Of a stretch of 64,000 bases of DNA, positions 1 to 15,234 are shown in pieces; position 1 is the first letter of the stretch, and each line of letters begins with the position of its first letter. The stretch comes from the human T2T-CHM13v2.0 reference genome, Homo sapiens: NCBI RefSeq assembly GCF_009914755.1, contig NC_060934.1; one strand, 5' to 3'. Made by a program: the position numbers and the translations under genes. The notes under the pieces were generated by a model. That model was not told the DNA's origin and made no database searches. It saw nothing but the letters and a program-made list of their open reading frames with translations.

Positions 1-593
1 TAGTTCAACCATTGTGGAAGTCAGTGTGGCAATTCCTCAAGGATCTAGAACTAGAAATACCATTTGACCCAGCCATCCCATTACTGGGTATATACCCAAA
101 GGATTATAAATCATGCTGCTATAAAGACATGTGCACACGTATGTTTATTGTGGCACTATTCACAATAGCAAAGACTTGGAACCAACCCAAATGTCCAACA
201 ATGATAGATTGGATTAAGAAAATGTGGCACATATACACCATGGAATACTATGCAGCCATAAAAAATGATGAGTTCATGTCCTTTGTAGGGACATGAATGG
301 AGCTGGAAACCATCATTCTCAGCAAACTATCGTTAGGACAAAAAAACCAAACACCGCATGTTCTCACTCATAGGTGGGAATTGAACAATGAGAACACTTG
401 GACACAGGAAGGGGAACATCACACACCGGGGCCTGTTGTGGGGTGGGTGGAGGGGGAGGGATAGCATCAGGAGATATACCTAATGTAAATGAGTTAATGG
501 GTGCAGCACACCAACATGGCACATGTATACATATGTAACAAACCTGCATGTTGTGCACATGTACCCTAAAACTTAAAGTATAATAAAAAAAAG
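1..593 (+). mobile_element. L1PA 3' end (ORF2 C-terminus + 3' UTR + A tail), cut by window start
   Basis: ORF 12..296 is the L1 ORF2 C-terminus ([28 protein letters not shown]). A G-rich 3' UTR tract and ...CTTAAAGTATAATAAAAAAAAAG follow. Has GAGTTAATGGG, not the L1HS-Ta ACA diagnostic. Confidence 0.95.
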
Positions 594-1374
594 AAATTCA
601 TGTGTGTCAGTATCCTCACAGACTACTACATAGGGTGAATGATTGCCAACTGCAATCCAATTAAACTACAGTGTGATTTTAGGCAAGTAACTTCATCTCA
701 GTGGGCTTCAGTTTCCAAATCCATAAAGTGAGCACTAGTTCATTTCTAAGGTGGTTAAAAATCCTCAATAGTTCAAAGGCTTATCTTTGTTGTGGACAAT
801 CAGAAATAATTATCCAGGATAAGACACATGTCTTTTTGCTTTACTTTGTCACCAAAATCTAATATTGTATAGCCAGCTTAAGGTTCTTGAATGACCTCAG
901 ATTTTGAGAGCTCACATTCAGCACAACAGTTTAATCTCATTTCAAGTTCCCCAATATATAGACGATTTCAAGTAATTGTGTATACTGTTAACCCCAGTGA
1001 TTTTTTTCTAAGAGCCAAATTAAATAATAAAATAATATTATGTCACTATTCAAGACACTCCTATTGTCTTTATAGGCCACAGCAGTCATCTCCAAGACTT
1101 TGATTATTTATCTGGTTATTTATCCTTGTCATAAAAAAAGATGAACGTGCAACTCCTGTGTTTTTTCTGTTGATAAATAATGTGCATGGATAACCAGAAT
1201 GAAATAGTGATACATAATAAAACATAAAAACAGAAATGTTTAAAGAATGAGCTAATTGTGAAATAAAATAATGTTATCTTAAAGTGATTTTGGAAAAAGA
1301 AGCTTTTGGCTCATAAAATAATATCTTGATCTTTTAAAAGAGATTTTAAAATAAGAAAAACGCCTTTTGCACTA

Positions 1375-2825
<1,451 letters not shown>

Positions 2826-2828
2826 TTA

Positions 2829-3030
2829 ATCTCAACCAGAGGCAACATTTTGCAGTGTATGGAGACACTTTCAGTTGTTACAACTGGTGGGAGGTAAGGG
2901 GAGTGCTACTGGCATCTAGTGGGTGGAGGCTAAAGATACTGCTACACATCCTATAATGCACAGGACAGCACCCCACAACAAATAATTATTGACCCAAAAT
3001 GTCAATAGTGCCAAGAATGAGAAACCATGG
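2829..3030. mobile_element. MER20 (hAT-Charlie MITE)
   Basis: MER20 hallmark gctactggcatctagtgggtggaggc...catcctataatgcacaggacagc...cccaaaatgtcaatagtgccaag. Confidence 0.85.
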
Positions 3031-3899
3031 TCTACAGCTATTTTGGTTCCACTACTGAGACAATACCCTTCTGAGTGCTCTACCTGATGCTCTGTGTATT
3101 CAGAGATTTCTCTATCCCAGTGTGGGGGAAAGAAAACTATTTCAAGCCCTATGGGAGGTCCAAGAATTGTTTTCTCTTCTTTCTGGTGGCTTCTGGTAGT
3201 TTCCTCACACACATGTCCTGATAAATTCTCAGTCAAAGGTGGAAGGACTCCTCTACAGATTTTCAGAGGTCTGATTCTGTAAAGCTCTTCTTCAGGACTT
3301 TGCCCTGTGAAATCTAGCCACACTGGTCTTTCTGGAATCTCAACTACATCTCCTGAATGCAGGGTGTCTGCAGGCTCTATTTGGGATGTCCTTTCTGTTC
3401 AGTGGCCCAAAAACTGTCTCTAAGCCGTAAGTTGGGATAATTATAGGGCTCACCTTATTTGTTTCTCTTCTTCTAGGGATGACTGTCTTGCATTGCCTGT
3501 TGTTCAGTGTTTGAAAGTCACTGATTTATATATTTTGCCTGTTTTTTGGTCATTTCACTCAGGAGAATAAGTCCAATCCCTGGCCCTCCATCATGGCCAG
3601 GGATAGAAGTGCTTGAATAGTTTTAGAGTTTTAGTTTTCAATATGCTTTTAATCAGTAAGTTGTCGTATTATTATTAGCTGATGTCTTAAGACACAATTG
3701 CAGGGTTCATCCTTAAAAATATTTCAAATGCTCTTGTTAATTTAGATGATTTCCCCTAGCTTTGTGTCACCTCTAATTAAGCTGTAGTCTTTACCTTGTT
3801 AGATGGCTGACAAATAACTTATATAAGAGTACATATGTCAGCTCTGTCATTTTCTTGTTCTTGGTATTTGTGTTATTTTACTATCTTCAATCTGTGTTT

Positions 3900-5760
3900 T
3901 GTTTGCAGAAATCTATTTTAATTATAGGAAAATTCATTTGCACACAGAAGTAGAGATCACAAAATCAACCTGATGTGCCCCTTACTCATTTTCAATAATT
4001 GTCAGTTCACAGCCTATTTTGTCTTATCTATACTCCAACCTACTTCTCACAGTGCCCTCTCTCACCTTGGATTATCCTGAAGTGAATCCCAGGTATTATA
4101 TTATTTTATCTATAATTCTTTCAGTGTGTATACCCATAAAACAAACTACTGCTTCATTATCCCACCCAAAAACATAACAATAACTTCTTAATACCATGAA
4201 TATGCAATCAGTCCTCAAACTTTTTTGATTAATTCCAACTTTTTGGTTTTTGTGTTTATTTGAATCACTGATATGGTACCTTTCAAAACTCATGTTAAAA
4301 TTTAATTGCCACTGTGATAGTATTAAGAGATGAGACTTTTAACAGGTAAATTGTCATGAAGGCTCCACTCTCATAAATGGATTAATGCCTTTACTGCAGA
4401 AATGTGCTGCTTATCATGGGAGTGGCTCCTGATAAAAGAATGGAGTTCAGCTCACTTACTGTCTCTGTCTTGCATGCTTGTTTGCCTTTCCACCTTCTGC
4501 CATGAGATGACTGTTGCCAGATGCTAGTGCCATGCTCTTGGACTTCCCAGCCTCCAGAACCATGAGCCAAATAAACTTCTGTTCTTTATAAATTACCCAG
4601 TCTGTGATATTCTATTATAGCAGCAGAAAATGGACTAAGTCAATCAGCATCCAAATAATGTGCATATATTGTGGTTGGTCATCTCTTACTTAAGTATCTT
4701 TTAATTTGTAGGCTCCTCTAGCTCTCTCTTTCTCTGCAATTTATGTGTTAAGGAAACAACTATTTATCCTATTGAGTTTTTCACCACTTGCATTTTGCTC
4801 AGGGGTTAGGTGTCATTTAACAGATTCCTCTGTCACCTATGTTTCCCATGAATTGGTAATCATATATAGACATTTGATCAAATTCAAGTTCTTTCTTTTT
4901 AATCAAATTACTTCATGGGTGGTGTGTAACTCTACCAGTATGCACAGTTGGTGATACTAGTAGCCTTGGATGATCATTGCATAAATTCACTGATTCATTA
5001 TGATGTTTATTTCTGTAATCCGTGTTTAATTCTATCTTTTTTTCTTCATTTCTTAGCTAGAATACATGTAAAAAGACAACCTTCTCTTCATGATTATATT
5101 ATAATTCTATCATGCCTTCTTCACTTAGTAGACTAAATATTCTATAAACATACTTCTTAATTGCAAGTATTTTTTCGCAAGGAATAGGAATTTTATAAGA
5201 AAAGGGGGATAACTGCTTATTTTTCCCTTTCATTTACCATTTTTCAAAATAGTGATTTTCCCCTATCATTCTCCAAATGTAACCAAAGATTTTTTTGTAT
5301 CACTATGAACTCATGGATTTAAACATATTTCATGTATTTCAATCCATTGCACTTATGATTCTTGTTAATGTTTGATTTGTCCTATCTCTGATCAGTGGAG
5401 CTTATTCAAGATGACTCCTCCACCCTTTTGACATGGCCCCAGTAGTCTTTGATAGTTTCCCTTCTATCTGGTTTGACAAAATATTTCAGGTTTATCTGCT
5501 TATACTAGATAATGTAAAATCCTCTCCATAGAGACAGTACCTTTTTTCATTTCCCCCTGCAAAGTATGAGTGCTGGCTTCCCCCACAACCTTACCAGCAG
5601 AGTACTGAGTCAAACTGCTGGATTTTTGCCAATCTGATAGGTGGGAAGTGGTATCTTTGTGTGGTTTTAATTTGCATTTATTGCTGTGAGCCAGACTGAA
5701 TATCTTTTCATATAGTTAAAAGCTATTTGCTGTGAGCTATTTGTATCTCAGCCCATTTTG
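3900..5760 (-). mobile_element. Old L1M (L1MC/ME-type) 3' fragments, with nested MaLR LTR
   Basis: Antisense L1 3'-region motifs (tttttgccaatctgataggtggg...gtggttttaatttgcattt); approximate limits. Confidence 0.5.
4269..4642 (+). mobile_element. MaLR solo LTR (MST family)
   Basis: TGATATGG...GGACTAAGTCA termini, ttcccagcctccagaac, AATAAA, aaattacccagtct; near-TSD ATCAC/ATCAG. Confidence 0.85.
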
Positions 5761-6939
5761 CAAAAAAAAAAAAAAAAGCTTTTTAGTAATCTGTAATTTC
5801 TTTGCAACATTATATTAAGCCATGTACCCATTTTTTAAAGTTAGTTTAGACAGAATATAATCAGTAAGTCCATTTAACCAGGCAATATAAATTTTAATAT
5901 GTGCTATATGCTGAAAGCAAACAAAGACCAAAGGAACTAATGAGAGCTCTGGGTTACAGAGCTCCAACCCTCACTCTTCACTCATGATACTTCTTGGTCT
6001 ATATGTGACATATTGGACAGATGGACTAAGTGAGAGGGCCATGGCCAATCTATACATTTTAGTTTAGGAATGTTTCTTTTATTTCTACTTTTTTTAGATG
6101 AAACAGATAACACAAGATACCACAGTAAAATTGATTTCGTTCAAATGAATGTAATTGCATTTAGGTTTTCTTTCCACACCCCAGTAGTTCAGCTTGCACA
6201 TCCCCAGTGAGGGTTGGACAGAACCACTTTGGAGACCACTGACCACAGGATGAAACCCAAACTTTCTAGCTTGGGATAACAGAATGTCCATCAGAATGCA
6301 ACCCCTGTCCACATTTTGACTTTGACTCACACCACTTGTTTCCTGGCTTTTGCTCTATCTAAGTCTTTGCAGTTTCCTAAACATGCCCTTCTATTTCAGG
6401 AACACTGCATCCTTCTCCCCACTGACCAGTGAGTTCCTACAGCGGGCTGCCCCACAAGCTGCACAAGCACACTGGGCAGCTCTGCTCCTACTCCATCATG
6501 AAGAGCATCTGTGGAGAACAATCCTGACCCTTTCAGGCTGATTTAGGCCCTGTCTTCCTGAGGCTCACTTTGAATGTTGTGGCAAAACCACTGACAGAGC
6601 TTTTTGAAGAGTCTAGGGAGCAAGTACAAGTCGCCCTCTTCCCTTAACTGAAGAATCGTTCTCCAACTCTCCATCATCGGGAAGGTAGCTTCAGAAGGAG
6701 GCCAAGAAGAGGTGACTGAGAACAAGGTCCAGCCTGTGCCCAGCTCCCCACTGCCCCCCAACCCCCCACCCCCCACCAACCATTACTAGTGGTCTTCCTA
6801 GAGGGGTGGCTGAAGGGTCAGAGCCTGAGTATACTTCCTTGATGGCAGAAGAGAAACAGGAGTCCTCACTCAAGACAATGGGAGAAACTGAGCTGGAGGA
6901 AAGAGCTAAGCCAAAAACTGGGCTGGAGAAGCGAGGTCT

Positions 6940-7347
6940 TGTATTAGGCTGTTCTTGCATTGCTAAAGAAAAACCTGAGACTGGGCAATTAAAAAAAGAA
7001 AGAGGTTTAATTGACATATGGTTCTGCAGGCTTTACAGGAAGCATGGTGCTGGCATTTGCTCAACTTCTGGTGAAGCCTCAGAGAGCTTTTCATCACGGC
7101 AGAAGGCAAAGCACAGGCAGGAAATTCACATGGTGAAAGCAGGGGCAAGTGAGAGGAGGGGGAGAGGTGCCAAAACCTTTAAATGACCATATCGCATGAG
7201 AACTCAGTTGCTATCATGAAGACCGCACCAAACCATGAGGGATCCACAACCCATGATCCAAACATCTCCTACTAGGCCCCAATTCCAGCACTGGGGATTA
7301 CAGCTCAACATGAGATTGTGGCAGGGACAAATATCCAAACTATGTAA
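6940..7347 (-). mobile_element. MaLR solo LTR (MSTB-like)
   Basis: tgtattaggctgttcttgcattgct...aagaggtttaattg...ggaagcatggtgctggcat...catgagatt; perfect 5-bp TSD GGTCT (6935-6939 / 7348-7352). Confidence 0.9.
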
Positions 7348-7753
7348 GGTCTAAAATTAATGGAGAAGTCAAGTGGAATCCAATTTAGAGTAGCTCCAGG
7401 AAGTAGAATTTCCATGGGATTCTATAGGGGAACTCTATCAGCACTGGCCCCTCTTGGGGACAGCAAACAAGGAAGAGGAAGTCACAAGGTCACACCTGTC
7501 TACAAGGCAGTGTTTCCACATTCCACCATAGCTTTGGCATTTTATCTCTCACTTCCTCTGGACCTATGCGTAGGTAACTGGCCCTATCTCCACTCTCTGT
7601 GCAAAAAATCCCCCCTGGCAGGGCCTCTCTACCATTCTCCAGCTTCAGGCCTGCAAAAGCCCCAAGATCTAACTCCTAACAGAGAGCTGAGAGGCCTCAG
7701 CCCATTTGTCAATCTAAGCATGACCAGTGACTACTAAATAAAACTGACACTTA

Positions 7754-7906
7754 GGCCAGGCACAATGGCTCACACCTGTAATCCCAGTACTTTGATAAGG
7801 CTGAGGCTGGAGAAGACCTTGAGCCCAGGAGTTCAAGACCAGCCTGGGCAACATAGTAAGACCCCATCTCAACCAAAACACTAAACGGACAAACAAACAA
7901 ACCAAC
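7754..7906 (+). mobile_element. FLAM_C-like free Alu monomer
   Basis: Single Alu arm with (CAAA)-type tail; perfect TSD AACTGACACTTA (7742-7753 / 7907-7918). Confidence 0.9.
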
Positions 7907-10049
7907 AACTGACACTTAGATTCTCATTTACCTTTTAGTATTTATCATTTAATGGATTAGAACCAAAGAGAAGAAGGAATGCGCTATTATCTCCCCAGAC
8001 CTCATAGAGTTAGTTCAACTGGACAAAACTCATGAATCAAATGTACTCCACTTGAGAAAAGACTGAAAAGAAAGTGAATGGTTAGCCTAGAACTACAGTT
8101 AGCCTTCATAAATTCTGTAAAGTTTATGAAAAATGTAGATTCTAGGGCTTCTCCCTTGAGATTTTGATTCTGAAAAGTTTGGAATGATACCTTGGAATCT
8201 GAATATTTAAATTCCCCAGTAAATTTAGATGCAGGTTGTTTTCAGTGGCCTAGACAATAAAAAGGGAAAATTTAAAGTTGCAAAAGTTGCTGGGGTCACC
8301 TAAATACTGTCCAGAAGATAGCTGATCTCTGTGCAGGTTGCATCCCTGCCGTGAATTATGTAGCTGCTACCCTTGTTCTGGTTCTGAGCTTATCTACAAC
8401 CTTCTGGCCATAATTTGGCATCCCTTGTGGCTTGCCTGCAGGGAGATAATTGACAGATCTGCTGACATGAGCACTCTGCTCTGTTGACAGCTCTTTCTCA
8501 TTACAAAATCAATACATTGGCATTACGCTTACATTTTTATTTCTGTGGCTTTGGTTACTACAGGTCTCTCCTGAAAAGCAGTTTCTCACGGTGCAAATGA
8601 AAGTGGAGCTGATCAGTCTCACATACAGAAGAATGTTCAGAACAGTAACTTCCTGCTCTGATCCCAACAGTGTCTACCCTCCCTAGAGCTCCACCCCTGC
8701 CTGGCCTTTGTCTGCAATTTCCAGGGCCACCCACACCGTCCCCGCTCTCCCAGTGCCCTGGGGAGCCGCTCTCATTTATCAAATGCTCCTTGTTCCCTAC
8801 CACCTCTCAGCCTATTAAACCGCTCTGTTCCCAGTCTCTGATCTTATCTCTTCCCCTCCTTGGCTTGAAGTTGTTGTCAATCATGCCACTCCATCTGCTT
8901 TTCTTTTCTTCCCCCACCACCCCCCACCAGCCCCCTGTGATAGAGCTACAGACAGTTTACAGCTCTTTTGGTCTGGCATGACAAAAAGACCCCTTTCTGT
9001 TATCCTCACTTAGTGCACGCCTGACCCCAGAGGGCAGTTGGGTGTGTGCCGTGGTCCTGGGAAAGGAAATGGGGGAGAGAGAAAAACTCATCTTGCCAAC
9101 AGGGTTAAAGCCAGACCCATCGCTGTGTCCAATTCACCACAAATGAATGTCACTCTGTACTGTGTGTTGGCAGCCAGCTGGCTTCTCGGGCGAAACCTCT
9201 GTGAATTGCCTGAGCCACATGCCTCAGCATTCATACTGCATCACATTCAAGTTAAAGAACAGAAGAAAAGGCACACTAGATTAGACCCATCTTTCTTCCC
9301 AGGCAGACTTGGGCTCTTAACAGTGGCAGTGTCTGTCAGGTTGCCCTTCAAGATATTCACCTCAATAGATTAGAGACAGCCCCACACAGCTTCTTTTCTT
9401 TTGTAACCTATTATTTAATCCTCTCCTTTATTCTCACTATCAAATTTGTCATCATGTTCTGCCAATTTCTCTTGTCACAGTCATCATTCTAACCCTCATT
9501 ATCTCACATTCCAGCTATGGAGAGGCTCTGATTTTTGTGTTGGGTCTTCCCTCTCCCTACTAAAGTGATCTTCATGAAACACTTTCATCATCTCACTGGT
9601 TGGCTCCGAGTCCTACTAGGGCAGTCAGATCCAGGCTCCCCTTCCCAGATCTCAATGGATCTCAATAACCAGCTCCACCTGAACTGATCTCATCTCAGAC
9701 TCTTATCTGCGTTCAGGCCCTTCTTGGTACAGTGCCCCAAAACTTCAGCCCCATAGCTTCCTGAAGTAGCCTCACCTATGCTCTCTTCTGAATTCTGCCT
9801 TGTTTTAAAATGCCAACTTCAAACCTTGCGATGCTTCAAGTGGGCAGCTGGGATAGAGAGAGCACTGAGCATGGTGTCACAGGCAAAACCAGCTATTGGT
9901 TAGAAAAGAAAGGCAGCATACACACAAAATACCAGAAAAACTCAGTCCACACTCTGAGCAGCCCCTGCTGTGCTCTACTTGTTCACCAGGCCAAAGCCCT
10001 ACACCTAACTTCCCTGCCCACTGCATCTCCAAGGCCCCAAACTGCACAG

Positions 10050-10272
10050 AGCAGGGCAGCCCCCCGATTCTTGGCATCCTCCTGGATGGAGGCTTGGGAA
10101 TCCTGGAGATATTTTTGGTTGTCAGAACTGGGGTAGGGTTGTGGGGAGAGGCTGGCATCTAGTGGGCAGAGACCTGTGATTCTGCTAAAGCAACCTGCAA
10201 TCATAGGACACACCTCTCCCAACAACAAATTATCTTGCCCAAAATGTTTATAATGTCAAGGTCGAGAGCCTT
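10050..10272. mobile_element. MER20 (diverged)
   Basis: ctggagatatttttggttgtca...ctggcatctagtgggcagagacc...gcccaaaatgt. Confidence 0.75.
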
Positions 10273-11382
10273 GGCCAAGAAAGAGACAAAGCAGAAAGTT
10301 AGCCTAAAAAAGACACTCATTCAAACTAGCACAAGTGAAAATTGGAAGATACTGACATAATTTAAGTAATTTTCCAGAAGCCAAGTTTGGAGATGCAGCC
10401 TCACAGGACCTGGACAGTGCTTTGGAAGCCATTTCCACCATCTTGTTCACTCTGGGGCCACAGACTGTCTTTTTCTGGTCTCTGCTTCCCTGCTTCATCC
10501 TCCTTCTACTCTCTGCTTCCCTAGCGTGTGGCCCAGATGGTCAGTCACAATCCTGACTCCACAGCAGTTTTGGGGTCAAGCCTGTAGACAGGAGTTACTT
10601 ATCATCTTTGAGTTTATTTAATTTTTCAATGGGAGAACTAGATTGTCCAGTCTTGGCCAAAAAAATGGTCTAGCTTTGAGTCATACTGTAATCATCTGTG
10701 GCTCAAAGGCAAGATCCTGCCCACTGTCCACTCGGCAGGGCTGTGGTGGGCACCACAAGGAGGAGTATTTCTTCTTCAAGGATGAAAAAAAGAAGAAGAA
10801 GAAGAAGAACATTTGAGACAAAGGAAAGAGAAGTCTAAGAAGGTGAAACCATTTGGCCTGAAATCTTGATAAAATAGATGGCCAGGTCACCTACCAAGAG
10901 AGGGGACTTGGAGTAAAGCTTAGGAAACTGCAGATATAGGGAAGGTGGAGAAGAGCAGCTCTGGAGAATTTGATATGGGAGAGGCCTAGGAGGCAAAGGA
11001 CCAGCAAGTGGCTCTGAGGATCTCCAGTGTGCCTGGGAAGATACCTGCTCTAACCAAAGGAGGAAAAGAGAGTCTTGCCAGGGCTCAGGTTCCTAGGGCC
11101 CCACAGATCACAAGCATTGGAGAGTCACTTTTTGTTTTCTTTCCACCTTGTGGGAAGTTCTTTGAAAGTTTGGTAAGTGACTGAGCAAATGGGAATTGTG
11201 AGAGAGATATTCCAGACAAATTAGGCTTCCAAGGCTAGATAATGAGGGGCTAAGAGTTCTCAGGGACTCAGAGCCTCTGCCCTGGGAAACCAGAGAAAGG
11301 AAGCCTGCTTTTCTGTGAAACTGGCCTTCCTCAAGTCATCCAAAGTCAGTGTCTGGGCAGCCTTCCTTCCTCCCTTCTGCTT

Positions 11383-11720
11383 GGGTGGTAGACCAGTTAT
11401 CAATTTATTGCCCCTCACCTCCAAATACACTCCTCATTACCTGCTCTGGGATAACACAACTGGACCCTTTAAGCATTTTTCCTTTGCAGCAAACACACTG
11501 TTAAGCTTTATCAATGCAGGTGCTGGGGTATGCTGTCAGAGGGGGAGGCTATTCTTCCTAGTTCCAGTGTACTTCCATTTGCTTCTTTTTGCTCCTGCTT
11601 TAAAGCTGTGGGCTGTGAAGTGTAGAACACGCAGCGGTGCTCCACTCCAGCCAAGTGCCAGCACACACAGTGCGTGGGCAAACTTGCAGCCTTGGCCTGG
11701 AGACCACCTTCCCACAGCCC
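11383..11720. mobile_element. Old ERVL-type LTR remnant (LTR33-like)
   Basis: ctccaaatacactcc...ctggacccttt...catttttcctttgc...ttcttcctagttcc resembles LTR33-family consensus; from memory only. Confidence 0.4.
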
Positions 11721-12941
11721 TCCCAAGGTCATGCATGTGATGTGTGCATATGGTAGTCATCTCCATGCTGTGGGAGTGTGGGTCATTTTTATTTTACTAC
11801 TATGTATATGTCAGGAACTGAGGTCAAAGAAAAAAGGTGTGAATTCTCAAATTGTAAGAGATAGTCTACTTTCCCCTGTCATTTAGAAATGAAATTTCCC
11901 CGATTTAAACTTGCATGTATTAGTAGATTAACTCTCATTATGTAAGTGCATAGAACTATTAAACTGAGATCTTACATTGTTTTGTACTCTGCAAAATATA
12001 CCGAAATAGAGCAGTCACTTCAAGTCTACTATTTTACTTGCTACCAAGGGCAGTGGCAGCCCACCTGAGAAGGTATTGTACATAAAAACTACATCTTGTA
12101 TTCTTTTCTCAAAACTTGGGAGGTAGGAGGAAAAAAATGAAAAGGAGAAGAATGAGGAATGCCAGAAAATATGAGTAATTATTTCTGCAAATTAGATGTG
12201 TACTTATTCTTTCGGGCTGTTTCATTTTGCCCTTGCAAATGTGTATTCTGCAACCACACAGGATAATTGGTATATACCCTGAATCTCTACCTTACTTGCC
12301 CTATTGATATTTTGGTGTTCCATGAGGGAAAGCCCCAGGAAAGAAGGGGGTGGTATATTGGGGAAAGATGTTGCATTTGCAACAGTAATTCTGCTATAAT
12401 ACTTTGTAAGCCCAAACTCTATGCCTTCTTTTCTGTGGATTAGAACTGTTTGTCTATAATGCCAAAGTAATTTATTCCTTGGCATTTAAAAGAAACACCC
12501 AAGTAACATAATTTCAATGTGCTAAAATTAATTTCAATTTTCTGGGAAGTGAGAGTGCATATGTGTGTGTGTGATTGTGTACATGTGTATGTACACTTTT
12601 TCCAAACCTCTTGGATTGTACTGACACCATTGTTATTTCCTGAGCATGAATAAACCCTCTTCCTTACTCACCCACTCATATTTTGAAACTTGTCAGGATA
12701 TGAAATAATTTGGTGCACTTTTCATGCTAAAATTATCCTTGGAGGAAGAGTTCTACACACCAAACATTCACCCAAAAAAAGACTCTAAAAATGTAAATGT
12801 TTGGTTGTTCATGCCAGTAATCAAGGCTAGAGAATTCAACCCTTCCCAAGTTAGGGAGAGAGAAAGTCTGCTGTGCATCTTGTAGCACAACTGTCACCAT
12901 CCGGGCTTGGAAGCTCTGTGTTCCTTTATCTCACTACAGTA

Positions 12942-13600
12942 CAGTAATCCCCCTTATCCACGGGGCATACGTTCCAAGACCGCCAGTGGATGCCTGAAAC
13001 CACAGACAGTCCAGAAACTTATGTGCACTATGTTTGTTCCTATACATACGTATCTGTGATAAAGTTTAGTTTATAACTTAGACACCGTAAGAGATTAATA
13101 ACAATAGCTAATAATAAAATAGAACAACTCTAACAAGATACCATTAAACAGTTATGTGGATGAGGTCTCTTGCTGTCTTTCAAAATACCTTATTGTACTG
13201 CACTCACCTTCTTGTGATGATGTGGGATGATAAAATATGGTGTGCGTGATGCAATGAGATGAAGTGAGGTAAATGACGTAGGCATTGTGACTTAGCATTA
13301 GGCTACTACCGACCTTGAACACAAGCACTGTGATTCAGCAACAATCAAGGTAACTACTAAGTGGCAAACAGGTAGGTAACATAGACAGGGTGGATATGCT
13401 GGACAAAGGGAGGATTCCCATCAGAGCAGGACAGAACAGGATGGCACAAGATTTTATCACGCTACTCAGAATGGCACACAGTTAAAAACTTATGAATTGG
13501 TTATTTCTGAAGTGTTCTATCTAGTATTTTCAGACTAGAGTCGATTTCAGGTCACCGAAACCACATAAAGCAAAGCCAAGGATAGAGGGTGGGGGTATTG
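12942..13600. mobile_element. MER44 (TcMar-Tigger non-autonomous)
   Basis: TA-CAGTAATCCCCCTTATCC ... GGATAGAGGGTGGGGGTATTG-TA terminal inverted repeats with TA TSD; ttccaagaccgccagtggatgcctgaaacc. Confidence 0.9.
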
Positions 13601-14739
13601 TACTGGCATTCTGATTTTTGAGAGCTGTCTTTTCAGCTGAGAAAATGGGGAGTAAGTCCAAGACAGCCTCATCTGCCGAAGAGCAGGTTGCATGGATGGA
13701 ATGGGCAAAGACAGAGTGAATAAGTATATCATATGGTTAGCTAAGAAACTTTCCCCACTTTTTAAAGGCAGTTTTAATAGTCTGGAACACATATGGTTTT
13801 CTTTAGGAAAAAAAATCACAGGAATATCTGCAAATATGAAATAATTGTATAGACACCATAACTCCAAAAACAATTATTGCTTGTCTGATTAGAATTAGAA
13901 ACACTGCTGATTTAACTCATGATTTTGATTCAGGCCTTAACTGGAGCACGGCTCAGTTACTTCAGTTAGAAGTAACTTAGTTTTTCTAAGAAGCTCCAGT
14001 TGCCTGGGCTACAAAGCCCATTCCGTAACACTATGTCCATCATACACATAAATAAATGACCAAAGTGTGATGACCTAGAGACTCATTTGATCACAAATGT
14101 GGACTTTTTGTCTTCAGGAAGTTGGGATTTCTCTTCACAGAAAGGTCGACTCCATCCGTTGTCTGCACAGCTCTCTCCCTCACTTGCTCACTTTCATCAC
14201 CCCCAAAACATGCACCCTTCCTCCCTTCTCCCACCAGAGAAACTCTTACTTATTCTGCCTGATTCCGTTTACCTGCCCACTTTACCTCAAGAGCAGCTTT
14301 AATTAGTTGTCCTTACTCCGTGCCCCATTAGTACCTTCTGTTTAGCTGTTCCATGGCATTTATTAAGCTGAATTGTAGCTAGTTTTATCATCTGCCTCTT
14401 CTTACCTGACTAGGGGTGGGTGGGGTGTCTGGAGGGCATCTATTGGGTGCTTTAATCCCACCATTTTATTTTGCACAGAGCAGACTCTCAGTAAGTGGTG
14501 GGTGAAAGATGTTAAGATACCCTCCCTCCCATGGTTGTGTGAGGATCCAATGCGATGAGACAGATGAGATCAAGTTTCAGATCGTAAGACCCTTCCTAGA
14601 TGTTAGGTAGTTTTGGCAAAATGGAACACATATAAAATTTGTTTCATTGTACCTATATTTAAGTGGATGTTTGGTATAGCTTAAGCTTGTTTCAGTGATT
14701 AAGGGGACTTGGGAAGGTAATTAATCTTTACAGATTACT

Positions 14740-14945
14740 TTCGCTGTGCCAGGTGCTTTTTATATACTTTTATTAATCCCTCCAGCAATCCTGGAGATAG
14801 GTATTAGTATCTCCTTTTTACAGATAAGAAAACTGGAATTCAGATAAACCAAAACACCTTCCAATATCACACAGCGAGTGGCAGAGCCAGGATTTGACCT
14901 AAGCTTTGTCTGCCTCCAGAACCCATGTTCGCTTCCCTACAGGAT
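14740..14945 (-). mobile_element. MIR
   Basis: MIR core tttacagataagaaaactgga...gtggcagagccaggatttga. Confidence 0.75.
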
Positions 14946-15234
14946 GCTGCCTTTGCAGAGGGAAGGATCTTAAGTCATAGACGATTATTCCGCTCACCCT
15001 TTCACTCGTCCCCTATTCCACACACCTGAAAAATATTTATATATCAGAAGAAACTGCCTAAGGTATGCAGCTGAATGGTGGCTGAGCTCAGCATAGTCCA
15101 AGAGTCTGCACAGGTGTTGACTGGACTCCCAGAAGCCAGAAATAGTCTCAAGCTTCTTTACAGCACAAAGAAAAGACACTCACCCACAATGTAAGCAAAT
15201 ACAACAAATCAACTGGATTGTGATAGTTAAATAG

